From: Lysobacterales bacterium
GTDB lineage: Bacteria; Pseudomonadota; Gammaproteobacteria; Xanthomonadales; SZUA-5
Direction: 5' to 3'
DNA: 64,000 nt
NCBI GenBank assembly: GCA_022844165.1
Contig: JALHMH010000003.1
Span: forward strand, 32,001-96,000
The notes below the pieces were generated by a model. It worked only from the letters and a program-made list of their open reading frames with translations, did no database searches and was not told the origin of the DNA. The translations under genes and the position numbers were made by a program. Of the stretch, positions 28,301 to 38,415 are shown piece after piece; position 1 is the stretch's first letter, and each line of letters starts with the position of its first letter.

Positions 28301-29361
28301 GCCGATACCTCAATGCATGCCGCCGCAACCCGTTCCGCGGCATCCGGGACCGCCAGTGCGCGCGCGCGTTCGGCCATGACCCGAAGGGCATGACGATCAC
28401 TCAGCGTTTGTAGTTTTCTTGCCAGCGACCCGGCGCTGAGCGTCGCCTCCGGCAACATCTCCGCGGCGCCGGCAGCGACCAACCAGCCCGCATTCGCGGT
28501 TTGATGATCGTCGACCGCGTATGGATACGGCACCAACCACGCACCGAGCCCGGCCGCTGTTAATTCGGCCAGCGTCAATGCGCCAGCGCGGCAAATAGCC
28601 AGATCGGCCCACGCGTAGGCCGCCGCCATGTCGTCGACGAAAGCGCTCACTTTTGCCGCCACGCCGGCCTTCTCGTAGGCGGCCACTGTCGCTTCCAAAC
28701 CTGCTTGTCCGCACTGATGCCAAACTGTTGGCCGGTGCGCCGCGTCGACCAGTGCCAGCGCCGACGGCAGCGTTTGATTCAAGACGCGTGCGCCCTGGCT
28801 GCCACCGAGAACCAGCAGATTCACGGCACCCTGACGTGCGCCGAAACGCTCCTGAGGCGTGGGCAGTGCGGCGATTTCCGCGCGCACCGGGTTGCCGACC
28901 CATTCCCCGGCAGCGAATACATCCGGAAAGCCGCTGAGTACGCGCCTGGCGAGTTTCGCCAGCACGCGATTGGTTAAACCCGGTATGCGATTCTGCTCGT
29001 GCACGACAAGCGGTTTGCGCGAGATCAGCGCCGCCAGACCGCCGGGACCTGCGGCGAACCCGCCGAAACTGACAACGCATCGCGGCGCGGTACGTTGCAG
29101 TACGCGTCGCGCTTGCCAAACGGCGCGCAACAGATCGATTGGCAACATCAGCTTGCGCATCGCGCCCTTGCCGCGCAGTCCGCGCACGGCGATGCCTTCG
29201 AATGCAACACCACGGCCTAGCACCAATCGCTCTTCCAAACCACCGCGAGCGCCAAGCCAAACCACCGGCACCGCGCGGCGCTGTAACGCCGCGGCAACCG
29301 CCAGCCCCGGAAAGATATGCCCACCGGTGCCGCCGGCCATGACCATCACGGGCGCGCTCAT
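28297..29361 (-). CDS. murG: Undecaprenyl-PP-MurNAc-pentapeptide GlcNAc transferase
   Basis: [31 protein letters not shown]. Confidence 0.98.
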   Translation of the reverse strand: MSAPVMVMAGGTGGHIFPGLAVAAALQRRAVPVVWLGARGGLEERLVLGRGVAFEGIAVRGLRGKGAMRKLMLPIDLLRAVWQARRVLQRTAPRCVVSFGGFAAGPGGLAALISRKPLVVHEQNRIPGLTNRVLAKLARRVLSGFPDVFAAGEWVGNPVRAEIAALPTPQERFGARQGAVNLLVLGGSQGARVLNQTLPSALALVDAAHRPTVWHQCGQAGLEATVAAYEKAGVAAKVSAFVDDMAAAYAWADLAICRAGALTLAELTAAGLGAWLVPYPYAVDDHQTANAGWLVAAGAAEMLPEATLSAGSLARKLQTLSDRHALRVMAERARALAVPDAAERVAAACIEVSA

Positions 29362-30533
29362 TTGGCGCCTCCCGATACACCCTCGTGGGCGCCGACCGCG
29401 CGCGGCTCTCGCAAACTGCCGCTGACGCGCAACAACAGCCCGACGGCGCAGCAGCACATCAGAGTGCTCGAACCTCCGGAGCTGATCAACGGCAGCGTCA
29501 GTCCTTTGGTCGGCAGTGCGCCGATGTTGACACCAATACTGATCGCCGCCTGCAGCGCAAACCAAAGACCAATGCCGTAAGCAAGATGCGCTTCAAAGGC
29601 ACGACCTTGGCGCAGCCCTTCGATGCCCAGATAAAACGCGCGAGCAACAAAAACGGCAAACAACCCGATCACCATCAGCACGCCCAGAAAGCCGAGCTCT
29701 TCGGCAATCACCGCGAAGATAAAGTCGGTATGCGCTTCCGGCAGATAGTAGAGTTTCTGCACGCTGTCCCCGAGGCCCACGCCGAGCCACTCGCCGCGGC
29801 CGACGGCGATCAGCGCCTGGGTCAGCTGGAAACCATCGTTGAACGGATCCGCCCAGGGATCGGTGAAAGACAGCAGGCGCCGTACGCGATACTCCTTGCT
29901 CAACGCGGCGAATGCGACCACCGGCATTGCGACCAGAGCCGCGCCGGCAAGGTGGCGTGCGGATCCACCTGCTAACCACACCATGCCGCCAACGATCGAC
30001 ATTAACAACAAGGCACTGCCGAAATCCGGCTGCGCCAGCAATAGCCCAAGCAGCGCGCCAGCTACGATCAACGGCTTCATCACACCCAACAACTGATGTT
30101 GCAACGCCTCCTGATGGCGGACGAAATAGCCGGCGAGGTACACGATCATCAGTACTTTCACCGCCTCGACCGCCTGGAACGTGGAGACGCCCAGGTTGAT
30201 CCAGCGTTTGGCGCCTTTGACTTCAACGCCCAGGCCCGGTACGAAAACGACGAGCAACAACGCGAAGGCGGCTAAAATCAACAGCTGCGAGTAGGTCTTC
30301 AGCCACTCAAGATCGACGCGATAAGCGATAGACCCGAGCACAGCGCCCGCCGCCAGGAACACAAGGTGTTTCTGGACAAAGTAGAACGGACCGACGCTCA
30401 GTCCTTCGGCGATAGCGATTGAGCTCGACGTCACCATGATGATGCCGAACGCCACCAGACCGAGCACGCTCACGGCGATGTACGGGTCGAGCACAACGCC
30501 CGGCGCTGGGGGTAATTTGCGGGCCTGAATCAT
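29358..30533 (-). CDS. ftsW: SEDS peptidoglycan polymerase FtsW
   Basis: [31 protein letters not shown]. Confidence 0.97.
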   Translation of the reverse strand: MIQARKLPPAPGVVLDPYIAVSVLGLVAFGIIMVTSSSIAIAEGLSVGPFYFVQKHLVFLAAGAVLGSIAYRVDLEWLKTYSQLLILAAFALLLVVFVPGLGVEVKGAKRWINLGVSTFQAVEAVKVLMIVYLAGYFVRHQEALQHQLLGVMKPLIVAGALLGLLLAQPDFGSALLLMSIVGGMVWLAGGSARHLAGAALVAMPVVAFAALSKEYRVRRLLSFTDPWADPFNDGFQLTQALIAVGRGEWLGVGLGDSVQKLYYLPEAHTDFIFAVIAEELGFLGVLMVIGLFAVFVARAFYLGIEGLRQGRAFEAHLAYGIGLWFALQAAISIGVNIGALPTKGLTLPLISSGGSSTLMCCCAVGLLLRVSGSLREPRAVGAHEGVSGGAK

Positions 30534-30575
30534 GGTGTGGCTCCCGCTGTGCTTGCGTGCTCGATCGACGAGGCC

Positions 30576-30635
30576 GGGGCGCGGGGCACGGGGCACGGGG
30601 TGGGAAACAGCCCGTGCCCCATGCCCCGTGCCCCG
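30576..30635. repeat. Inverted heptamer repeat, mraY-ftsW spacer
   Basis: GGGGCGC GGGGCAC GGGGCAC GGGG ... CCCGTGCCCC ATGCCCC GTGCCCC. Confidence 0.85.
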
Positions 30636-30657
30636 CCTTTTGCCCGCGATCCGTCCA

Positions 30658-31740
30658 TCACCGCACCTTCAACGTAGCAAGACCCATCAGCACCAGCACC
30701 ACGCTGATGATCCAGAAGCGCACGATGACGCGCGGCTCGGGCCAGCCTTTGAGCTCGAAGTGGTGGTGCAGCGGCGCCATGCGGAAAATTCGTTTGCCGG
30801 TGAGCTTGAACGAAGCCACCTGCAACATCACGCTCAAGGTCTCCAGCACAAAGATGCCGCCCATGATGACCAGCACGACCTCCTGGCGGACGATGACCGC
30901 GATGCAACCCAACACGGCGCCAACGGCGAGCGCGCCGATATCGCCCATAAAGACCTGCGCTGGATAGGTGTTGAACCACAAAAAGCCCAAACCTGCGCCG
31001 GCCAACGCGCCACAAATGATCGTGAGTTCGCCTGCGCCAGGGATGCGCGGAATGCCCAGGTACTTTGCGAATTCCGCGTGACCCGAGGCATAGGCGAAGA
31101 TGCCAAGCGCTCCTGCGACCAACACTGTCGGCATGATTGCCAATCCATCCAGACCGTCGGTGAGATTGACGGCGTTGGAAAAGCCGACGATCCAGAAGTA
31201 CGCAATGATCAAGTACGCCATCCCGAGCGGAATGGCGATCTGTTTGAAAAACGGCACATACAACTGCGTTGCTGCCGGCGTATCGGCGGTGACGTACAAC
31301 ACAACCGCCGCGGTGGCGCCGAAAATCGATTGCAACAAGTATTTGTAGCGTGCCGCCAGACCTTTGCTGTCCTTGAGCACCAGCTTGCGGTAATCGTCGA
31401 TCCAGCCAATGAAACCAAACGAGAGCAGTACGCCGAGCACAATCCACACGTACCGGCTTTCGAGGTTGCACCAAAGCAAAGTCGCGATCGCCACGGCAAG
31501 CAGGATCAGCATGCCGCCCATCGTCGGCGTACCGGCCTTGGACAGATGCGATTGCGGGCCGTCCTTGCGTATCGTTTGTCCGATCTGTTTTTCCGTCAGC
31601 GAACGGATCAGCTTGGGGCCGAGCCACAGCGAAAGGCCGAGTGCTGTCAGCGTGGCCAGAATGGCGCGCAGGGTGATGTAGCCCACCGCATTAAAGGCAC
31701 TGAAGTACTGTTCCAAGTGGTCGGCGAGCCAGAACAACAT
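30658..31740 (-). CDS. mraY: Phospho-N-acetylmuramoyl-pentapeptide transferase
   Basis: [32 protein letters not shown]. Confidence 0.98.
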   Translation of the reverse strand: MLFWLADHLEQYFSAFNAVGYITLRAILATLTALGLSLWLGPKLIRSLTEKQIGQTIRKDGPQSHLSKAGTPTMGGMLILLAVAIATLLWCNLESRYVWIVLGVLLSFGFIGWIDDYRKLVLKDSKGLAARYKYLLQSIFGATAAVVLYVTADTPAATQLYVPFFKQIAIPLGMAYLIIAYFWIVGFSNAVNLTDGLDGLAIMPTVLVAGALGIFAYASGHAEFAKYLGIPRIPGAGELTIICGALAGAGLGFLWFNTYPAQVFMGDIGALAVGAVLGCIAVIVRQEVVLVIMGGIFVLETLSVMLQVASFKLTGKRIFRMAPLHHHFELKGWPEPRVIVRFWIISVVLVLMGLATLKVR

Positions 31741-33083
31741 CAATGAACTCCCTGGCCGGCACCGAGTCCAGCGAGTACGCGCTCCATGCGCGACGAACGC
31801 GAACCTTTGATCAGCGCTGTTGATCCGGGGCGCCACGCCAGGCGCAGCGCCGCAAGCAACGGTTCCAGCTCATCGAAGGCGTATCCCCCGGCGCCAAATC
31901 CGCGTGCTGCCTCGCGGCTCAGGGGCCCGAGTGCGAATAGCGCATCAATACCCGCCACGCGAGCCGCCATGCCGCTGGCGTAGTGCATCGAAGCGCCGTC
32001 TGGTCCAAGTTCCTTCATGTCGCCAAGCACCAGAAAGCGAGGCGCAGGTTCGAGAGCCAGCGTATCGAGCGCGGCGGCCAGTGAACCCGGGTTGGCGTTG
32101 TAGCTATCGTCGTAAAGCACGCCGTCATTCCAGTCGATGCGTTTCAAACGACCGCTGACGCCATGGGCCGCATTCAAGCCAGCTTCGATGGCATCAATGT
32201 TGGCGCCGACCGCGAGCGCGAGGCTGGCGGCTGCGAGCGCGTTCATCACGTTATGGCGCCCAGGCAGTGGCAAGTCGATCTTTGCGCTCCCGACGGGCGT
32301 GGTCAGTGTGAAGCGCGAATGGGCGCCGAGCTCGATATCCATGGCGCGAACATCCGCCTCGTGATCGATACCAAACCGCAACACGCGGTGTTCGCCGATG
32401 TCACGCTCGAATGTGGCCACAAAAGGCTCGTCGGCGTTGAGTACCGCAACACCGCCTGACTTCAAGCCGCGATAGATTCCGCCTTTGGTTGCCGCTACGC
32501 CCTCCAGGCTGCCCAGACGCTCCAGATGCGCCGGACCGACATTAGTGACCACTGCGGCATCGGGTGGTGCGATGGTCGCCAGCGCCTGGATGTCGTTCGG
32601 TTTGCCGGCGCCCATTTCGATCACCGCGAATCGGTGGTTTGCGCCCAGGCCCAGTACCGTCAACGGCACTCCGATTTCGTTGTTGTAGTTGCCCGGCGTC
32701 GCCAGCGTGTGGCCGACGCGCTGCAGGATGCTCGCGGTCAGTTCCTTGGTGGTTGTCTTACCGTTACTGCCGGTCAGCGCCAGCACCTTTGAGTTCAACG
32801 TCGAGAGCCAGGCGCGGGCCAGTCGTTGCAGTGCAAGCAGCGTATCCGGCACGACAATTTGCGGCAGGCGAGCGTCTGTCTCACGTTCGACCAGCGCCGC
32901 TGCCGCATGGTCAACCAACGCCGCAATGAAGCTGTGTCCATCGACACGTTCGCCCTTCAGCGCCACAAACAGCGCGCCCGGCGGCAATGCTCGAGAGTCG
33001 TGCGCAACGCCGACCGCCAGCGCATCAGCGCCGATGAGGCGACCGCCGGTCCATGTCGCTATTTGGCTGGCGAGGGCATTCAT
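31740..33083 (-). CDS. murF: UDP-MurNAc-tripeptide--D-Ala-D-Ala ligase
   Basis: [30 protein letters not shown]. Confidence 0.97.
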   Translation of the reverse strand: MNALASQIATWTGGRLIGADALAVGVAHDSRALPPGALFVALKGERVDGHSFIAALVDHAAAALVERETDARLPQIVVPDTLLALQRLARAWLSTLNSKVLALTGSNGKTTTKELTASILQRVGHTLATPGNYNNEIGVPLTVLGLGANHRFAVIEMGAGKPNDIQALATIAPPDAAVVTNVGPAHLERLGSLEGVAATKGGIYRGLKSGGVAVLNADEPFVATFERDIGEHRVLRFGIDHEADVRAMDIELGAHSRFTLTTPVGSAKIDLPLPGRHNVMNALAAASLALAVGANIDAIEAGLNAAHGVSGRLKRIDWNDGVLYDDSYNANPGSLAAALDTLALEPAPRFLVLGDMKELGPDGASMHYASGMAARVAGIDALFALGPLSREAARGFGAGGYAFDELEPLLAALRLAWRPGSTALIKGSRSSRMERVLAGLGAGQGVH

Positions 33084-34603
33084 GCGGCCTTCCCCAGCGC
33101 CTCGCGCGCCACGTGCGCATCATCGAACGGCAGCTTCTGTCCGGCAATCTCCTGGTAAGGCTCATGCCCTTTGCCGGCGATCAGGACCATATCGTTCGCT
33201 GCGGCCTCGGCGATTGCCCGATGGATCGCGCGGCGACGGTCGCGTTCGACAATCGGGCGGGTTTGCGGCGGAATCCCAGCGAGGATCTCGGCGACGATGG
33301 CATCGCCGTCTTCGCTGCGCGGATTGTCGTCGGTAATGTAGAGCCGATCGGCGGCGGACGCGGCCTGTGCCATCAATGGCCGCTTGCCGCGGTCGCGATC
33401 GCCGCCGCAACCAAAGACAATGCTCAGCGCGTTTGGCTGGTGTGCGCGCAATGCGCTGACTGCAACGCTGATAGCGTCCGGCGTATGTGCGTAGTCGACA
33501 ACCACCGTCGGCGCATTGGGCATCGCGATGCGATTCATTCGGCCAGGTACAGGTTGCAGCTGCGCCAGTGTGGCCGCGATCGCATCGGTTCGAAAGCCGA
33601 GCGCCAACAGCGCGCCGCAGGCCGCCAGGACATTGTCGACGTTGAATCTGCCAAGCAACGAGGTCTGCACTGGTAGCGCCACAGCTTCGTGCCTTGGCTC
33701 ATTCCCACGCGAACGGCATCCGGTCTCGCCGTCATCGTCGGCGAGACGTGCAATGTGCAGATCGAAAGCGATGCCGCGGCTGTCGAGGCGGATATTGCGC
33801 GCACTCAAATCGGCGTTCTGGCCGATTGCGCTATAGGTGACGGCGCGCACGTTGCCTGCGAGCCGTGGCAGCAGCTGGCGACCGTACGGGCAGTCGACAT
33901 TGATCACCGCAACGCGCAGCTTCGGCCACTCGAACAACTTTGCCTTTGCCGCAAAATAGGCTTCCATTGTGCTGTGGTAGTCCAAATGGTCGCGCGTCAG
34001 CTGTGTGAACACGGCGACTTCGAACGGCACGCCATCGACTCGCCCCTGGTCGAGTGCATGTGAGCTGACTTCCATTGCCGTGACGGCAATGTTCTGTGCC
34101 GCCATTTCAGCGAGGAACCGATGCGTCGCACAGACGTCCGGTGTCGTGCGTTCGCCAGGAATCAGCGCGCCGACCGGTCCGGCGCCGAGAGTGCCTTGCG
34201 TGGCAGCAGGTTGCCCGAGCATGACGGCTGCTTGCGCGATGAACTGGGCAATAGACGTCTTGCCGTTAGTGCCGGTGATGCCGACGATGCGCATCGAACT
34301 GACACCGTAGAGCCGCTGTGCGAGTGCGCCGACGAACGCACGCACGTGCGGCATCAGAATCAGTGGCACGTCGATCGATGGTGCATGGTCTGGCGTCTCG
34401 CCCAGTACCGCCACAGCGCCGCGCGCCACCGCCTGTTGGACGTGGCGCAAACCGTGTTGAGTGCCGCCGCGCAGCGCCAGGAATAAGTCTCCGGGGCGCA
34501 CTTCACGGCTGTCGAGGGCCAGGCCATGAATGGGCACAGATGGCACGTCTTGTGCAGGCACCAGGTTTGCCAGCAACACGTCTAATGTGAGAGGCGTATT
34601 CAT
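33080..34603 (-). CDS. murE: UDP-MurNAc-dipeptide--meso-DAP ligase (with internal insertion)
   Basis: TGTNGKT, MEVSSH, DYAHTPD, DNPR, AGKGHE. Confidence 0.97.
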   Translation of the reverse strand: MNTPLTLDVLLANLVPAQDVPSVPIHGLALDSREVRPGDLFLALRGGTQHGLRHVQQAVARGAVAVLGETPDHAPSIDVPLILMPHVRAFVGALAQRLYGVSSMRIVGITGTNGKTSIAQFIAQAAVMLGQPAATQGTLGAGPVGALIPGERTTPDVCATHRFLAEMAAQNIAVTAMEVSSHALDQGRVDGVPFEVAVFTQLTRDHLDYHSTMEAYFAAKAKLFEWPKLRVAVINVDCPYGRQLLPRLAGNVRAVTYSAIGQNADLSARNIRLDSRGIAFDLHIARLADDDGETGCRSRGNEPRHEAVALPVQTSLLGRFNVDNVLAACGALLALGFRTDAIAATLAQLQPVPGRMNRIAMPNAPTVVVDYAHTPDAISVAVSALRAHQPNALSIVFGCGGDRDRGKRPLMAQAASAADRLYITDDNPRSEDGDAIVAEILAGIPPQTRPIVERDRRRAIHRAIAEAAANDMVLIAGKGHEPYQEIAGQKLPFDDAHVAREALGKAA

Positions 34604-36351
34604 GGCAGCGTCGCCTCTCCCACAACTTCGGCGACAGCTTCGAGTTCTTCTTCCCGGCTCAGTTGCTGTGCAACGATCAGTGGCGAATCGGGTGCGATGT
34701 TCATCAGCCGCAACGAACCGCCGACGATATTGCCGAACGCAGGCGCGGCGACGAGGCCGCCGTAGTACTGGCCCGCGGTCGGATCGTTGATCACGACGAC
34801 CACAGCGAGGCGGGGGTTGGAGACAGGCGCCATTCCAGCAAACACGGAGATGTAACGTGCTTCGGTGTATCCACCAATACCGGCTTTGATCGACGTTCCG
34901 GTTTTGCCGGCGACGCGGTAGTAGGGCACGGCCGCCTTTGTGGCCGTGCCTGTTGGGCCCGTCACGGTTTCCAGCATCTGCAGCACCGTTTGCGCGAGCG
35001 TCGGGTCGATGACGGCGGTGTCGGGATTCGCGCCACCCTTGACGAACGTCGGCGCGCGCATGCGACCGGAATTGGCCAATGCAGCGTAAGCATTGGCCAT
35101 CTGCAGCGCGGTGACACTCATGCCATAGCCGTAACTGAGCGTGACCTTTTCGATCGGCCGCCAACGCTTGTAATCTGGCAGCACGCCTGGGCTCTCGCCG
35201 GGAAACATCGAGCCGGTCACCGAGCCGAAACCGAAGCGATGGAACATGTCGTAAAGGAACTCACTGTCGATCGCCTGCGCCAACTTGGTGGCGCCGACAT
35301 TGCTCGATTTGGTTAAAACGCCGGTCACGTCCAGGGTACCGAAGTTGCGCACATCCTTGACCACAAATCCGCCACTCACCGGCAGCTGTCCAGGGGCGGT
35401 TTCGATCTTGCTGTCCGGCGTGAACTTGCCCGTTTCCAAAGCCGCGGCAGCGGTGAATGCCTTAATCACCGACCCCGGTTCGAAGACGTCGGTCGCGGCG
35501 CGATTGCGAACGCTGCCGCCGCGATCGCGCGTGCGTGCGTTCGGGTTGTAGCTGGGTTGATTGACCATCGCCAGGATTTCGCCGGTGGGCACGTCGAGTA
35601 CCACAACCGATCCGCTGGTCGCTTTGTTCTCCACCAACGCGTTCTTGAGCTCGCGATACGCCAGGTACTGGATGCGGCGATCGATGCTGAGCGTCAGATC
35701 TTTGCCTGGCTCGGCAGCGCTGATCAGATCGACGTCTTCGACGCGGCGCCCACGGCGATCCTGAATCACCTTCTTCCTTCCCGGTTTGCCGGCAAGCCAA
35801 CTTTCGAAGGCCAGTTCCATACCTTCCTGACCATGATCGTCGATGTCGGAATAACCGATGACATGCGCCAACACTTCGCCGGCCGGGTAGTAGCGTCGGA
35901 ACTCGCGCTGCGCGTGAACGCCCGGAATATCCAGATCGAGTACGCCGTTGGCCTCATCGGGGCTGATATGGCGCTTCAGATACACAAACTCCTTGTCGCT
36001 GCGCTGCACCAGCCTTTGCATTAAAGCGCCGTCGTCGCTCTCCAGTGCAGATGCAAGTTCTGGCACGCGCTCGGCCGCTTCGGCCAGCAGCTGCCTGGGA
36101 TTCGCCCACAGCGACATCACAGGGGTGGACACGGCCAGCGGCTCGCCATTGCGATCCACGATCATGCCGCGATAGGCCGGAATGGCGACTTCGCGCAAGT
36201 GCCGCGCATCGCCTTGGGCCTGGTAAAACTCCTTGCCCAATACCTGCACAGCGATGGCTTTGCCGACCAGCCCCGTGGTTGCGAGCACCAACACCATGAC
36301 CACCGTGTACAGGCGCAGACGGTAATTGGGTGGGCGTAGGCGCGGTTTCAT
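34600..36351 (-). CDS. ftsI: Penicillin-binding protein 3
   Basis: RGMIVDRNG, SVIK, SSN, KTGT. Confidence 0.97.
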   Translation of the reverse strand: MKPRLRPPNYRLRLYTVVMVLVLATTGLVGKAIAVQVLGKEFYQAQGDARHLREVAIPAYRGMIVDRNGEPLAVSTPVMSLWANPRQLLAEAAERVPELASALESDDGALMQRLVQRSDKEFVYLKRHISPDEANGVLDLDIPGVHAQREFRRYYPAGEVLAHVIGYSDIDDHGQEGMELAFESWLAGKPGRKKVIQDRRGRRVEDVDLISAAEPGKDLTLSIDRRIQYLAYRELKNALVENKATSGSVVVLDVPTGEILAMVNQPSYNPNARTRDRGGSVRNRAATDVFEPGSVIKAFTAAAALETGKFTPDSKIETAPGQLPVSGGFVVKDVRNFGTLDVTGVLTKSSNVGATKLAQAIDSEFLYDMFHRFGFGSVTGSMFPGESPGVLPDYKRWRPIEKVTLSYGYGMSVTALQMANAYAALANSGRMRAPTFVKGGANPDTAVIDPTLAQTVLQMLETVTGPTGTATKAAVPYYRVAGKTGTSIKAGIGGYTEARYISVFAGMAPVSNPRLAVVVVINDPTAGQYYGGLVAAPAFGNIVGGSLRLMNIAPDSPLIVAQQLSREEELEAVAEVVGEATLP

Positions 36352-36374
36352 GCGTGCCTCCAACAGCTGCAAAC

Positions 36375-36521
36375 GCGGCGCACGGGGCACGGGTCACGGG
36401 GCGCGAGTTTGCCGAAACCGGATGGGAAACGAGCTGGCAAGGCAGACGCATCGAAGGAACGGCCTGCAACGTACCGGCAGGACGCACAACGTCGTCCCGT
36501 ATCCCGTGCCCCATGTCCCGC
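36375..36521. repeat. Degenerate inverted heptamer repeat, ftsL-ftsI spacer
   Basis: GGCGCAC GGGGCAC GGGTCAC GGGGCGC ... CCCGTAT CCCGTGC CCCATGT CCCG. Confidence 0.75.
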
Positions 36522-36541
36522 TTCTCTCGCAATCAAAACGC

Positions 36542-36811
36542 TCATGGCGCAATCACCACGATGTCGCGTGGCGCGACGAAGCTCATGCCCAATTCGCGCG
36601 TAGCGATTTGTTCGACACGATTGGCGTCGGCCCAGGTCGATTGCTCCAACTGCAATTGACCCCATTCGATATTCAGCTCATCGCGTTCTGCGTGCAGACG
36701 CTCGATGGCAAAGAACTTCTGGCGCGCCTCATGGCGCGCGTAGACCAGAGCCACGGCGCTGCCGATCACCGCCGCGACCATCAATCCCAATAGCACGCTG
36801 CGCGCGGTCAT
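36542..36811 (-). CDS. ftsL: Cell division protein FtsL
   Basis: TM plus EWGQLQLEQSTW coiled coil; position in dcw. Confidence 0.95.
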   Translation of the reverse strand: MTARSVLLGLMVAAVIGSAVALVYARHEARQKFFAIERLHAERDELNIEWGQLQLEQSTWADANRVEQIATRELGMSFVAPRDIVVIAP

Positions 36812-37731
36812 AGGCGCCTCTCGGCAATGCGCAACACGGCACTTCGGGCGCGGGGATTGGCAGCGATTTCCGCCGCGCTCGGCAAAAACTTGTCGCGATC
36901 GATGAGCGTCAAGTGGCTGGCGTCCGGCGGTGGCAACCGGCGCGAAACCACCGGTGGCCGGCTTCGGGTTTGAACAAACTGTTTGACGCGTCGGTCTTCA
37001 AGCGAATGGAAGCTGATGGCTGCCAGCCGGCCGCCCGGCTTAAGGCACTTTTCCGCGGCAAGCAACCCGCGGTCAATCGCGCCGAGCTCATCGTTGACTG
37101 CGATCCGAATCGCCTGGAACGAACGTGTCGCCGGATGTTGAGCTCCGGTTTTGGGCACAAGGCCTGCGATGAACTCTGCCAATTCGGCCGTTCGCGTAAA
37201 CGGCTTTTCGTGAACGCGTGCTTTCAGCGCCCGTGCCAGGCGCCGCGCGTGCTTTTCTTCGCCGAAATCGAAAAGTGCGTTCGCTAACACAGCCTCATCC
37301 ACCTGTTCCAGCCACTGCCCGGCGCTCACGCCGTGAGCCGGGTCCATTCGCATGTCGAGCGGGCCGTCGCGCAAAAAACTAAAGCCGCGCTCCGGCTCGT
37401 CCAACTGGGGCGATGACACCCCGAAATCGAACAAAATGCCGTCCCAGCCCTGCGCTGGGACGACAAGATCAAGCTCGGCGAAATTCGCGTGGTGAATTGC
37501 GAAACGCCGATCCTCCGCCGCCAGTGCCTTCCCAGCCTCAACCGCGCTAGGATCGCGATCTAGTGCCTGCAACTGGCCCATCGATGACAGCCGTGCCAAC
37601 AACGCACGGCTGTGCCCACCGCGACCGAACGTGGCGTCGATGTAGCGCCCGTCCGGCTTGATGCTCAGTCCATTGAGCGTTTCTTCTAACAGCACCGGTG
37701 TATGCCCGGTTTGCACTCCCTCAGACTTCAA
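36808..37731 (-). CDS. rsmH: 16S rRNA m4C1402 methyltransferase
   Basis: HTPVLL, DATFGRGGHS, DFGVSSPQLD, FHSLEDR, NPRARSA. Confidence 0.97.
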   Translation of the reverse strand: MKSEGVQTGHTPVLLEETLNGLSIKPDGRYIDATFGRGGHSRALLARLSSMGQLQALDRDPSAVEAGKALAAEDRRFAIHHANFAELDLVVPAQGWDGILFDFGVSSPQLDEPERGFSFLRDGPLDMRMDPAHGVSAGQWLEQVDEAVLANALFDFGEEKHARRLARALKARVHEKPFTRTAELAEFIAGLVPKTGAQHPATRSFQAIRIAVNDELGAIDRGLLAAEKCLKPGGRLAAISFHSLEDRRVKQFVQTRSRPPVVSRRLPPPDASHLTLIDRDKFLPSAAEIAANPRARSAVLRIAERRL

Positions 37732-38180
37732 AACCGCAGCGCTCGCATCGCATCGGTAATCGCACTTTCTGTGATCGGCTGCTCCAGGCGCGCCTGCTGC
37801 GCGCTATCGCTCCAGAGCTCGAATTTCTCACCCATGCCGAGCAGCACCGCACTCTTGCTCAGGCCGGCCGCATGTCGCGCGCTGTGGGGCAGCAAAAAGC
37901 GCCCGTTCGAATCCAGCGACACGTGCGCCGCCGCTCCGATCAGCTTGCGCTGCAGCTCGCGGTGCGCGGCGTCGAAACTCCCCAGACTCACCACTTGATC
38001 GCGCACCCGTTCCCACTCGAGGAGTGGGAAAATCCACAGGCACTCGCGCTCAAACGGGTTGTAGGTGATGACCAATCGGTTCTGGCATAGCGTCGACAAG
38101 GCGTCGCGATACGACGTCGGTACGCTCAAGCGCCCCTTGTCGTCGATCGAAACCGAGTTTTCGCCGTAGAAGAGGCTCAT
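37728..38180 (-). CDS. mraZ: Division/cell wall cluster repressor MraZ
   Basis: IDDKGRLSVP and LDSNGRF AbrB repeats. Confidence 0.96.
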   Translation of the reverse strand: MSLFYGENSVSIDDKGRLSVPTSYRDALSTLCQNRLVITYNPFERECLWIFPLLEWERVRDQVVSLGSFDAAHRELQRKLIGAAAHVSLDSNGRFLLPHSARHAAGLSKSAVLLGMGEKFELWSDSAQQARLEQPITESAITDAMRALRF

Positions 38181-38183
38181 GAG

Positions 38184-38246
38184 CCCACAAAAATCCACTT
38201 TTCACCATGATTTCCCACTCTACGCCCGCACATTGCATTCGGTCAA
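38184..38246 (-). promoter_or_regulatory. mra promoter with four MraZ boxes
   Basis: TTGACC-N18-TAGAGT, then GTGGG/ATGGT/GTGGA/GTGGG at exact 10-bp period. Confidence 0.8.
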
Positions 38247-38415
38247 GGAAAAATCCTTGCGTAACAATGACTTAACGGATCTTAGTTGGTTTCGAGAAAG
38301 TCAGCGTAAGTGGTTGAATTTCAACTGATCATTCTCAGTAGTCGTTCGCGTCGCTGACGCGACGCGGCAACTTTCGTGAACGGCGTCAGGAAATTGCCAC
38401 GGTTTGCACCGGGTG

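Noticed and set aside
30534-30657. murD missing between mraY and ftsW
   Set aside because: To my knowledge murD lies outside the dcw cluster in Xanthomonadales, so this is lineage-typical rather than novel
23606-36521. Heptamer arrays as CRISPR or as coding N-terminal extensions of ftsZ, ddl, ftsW and ftsI
   Set aside because: No unique spacers or cas genes; the extensions translate to low-complexity PRAP/GHG runs and better starts lie downstream
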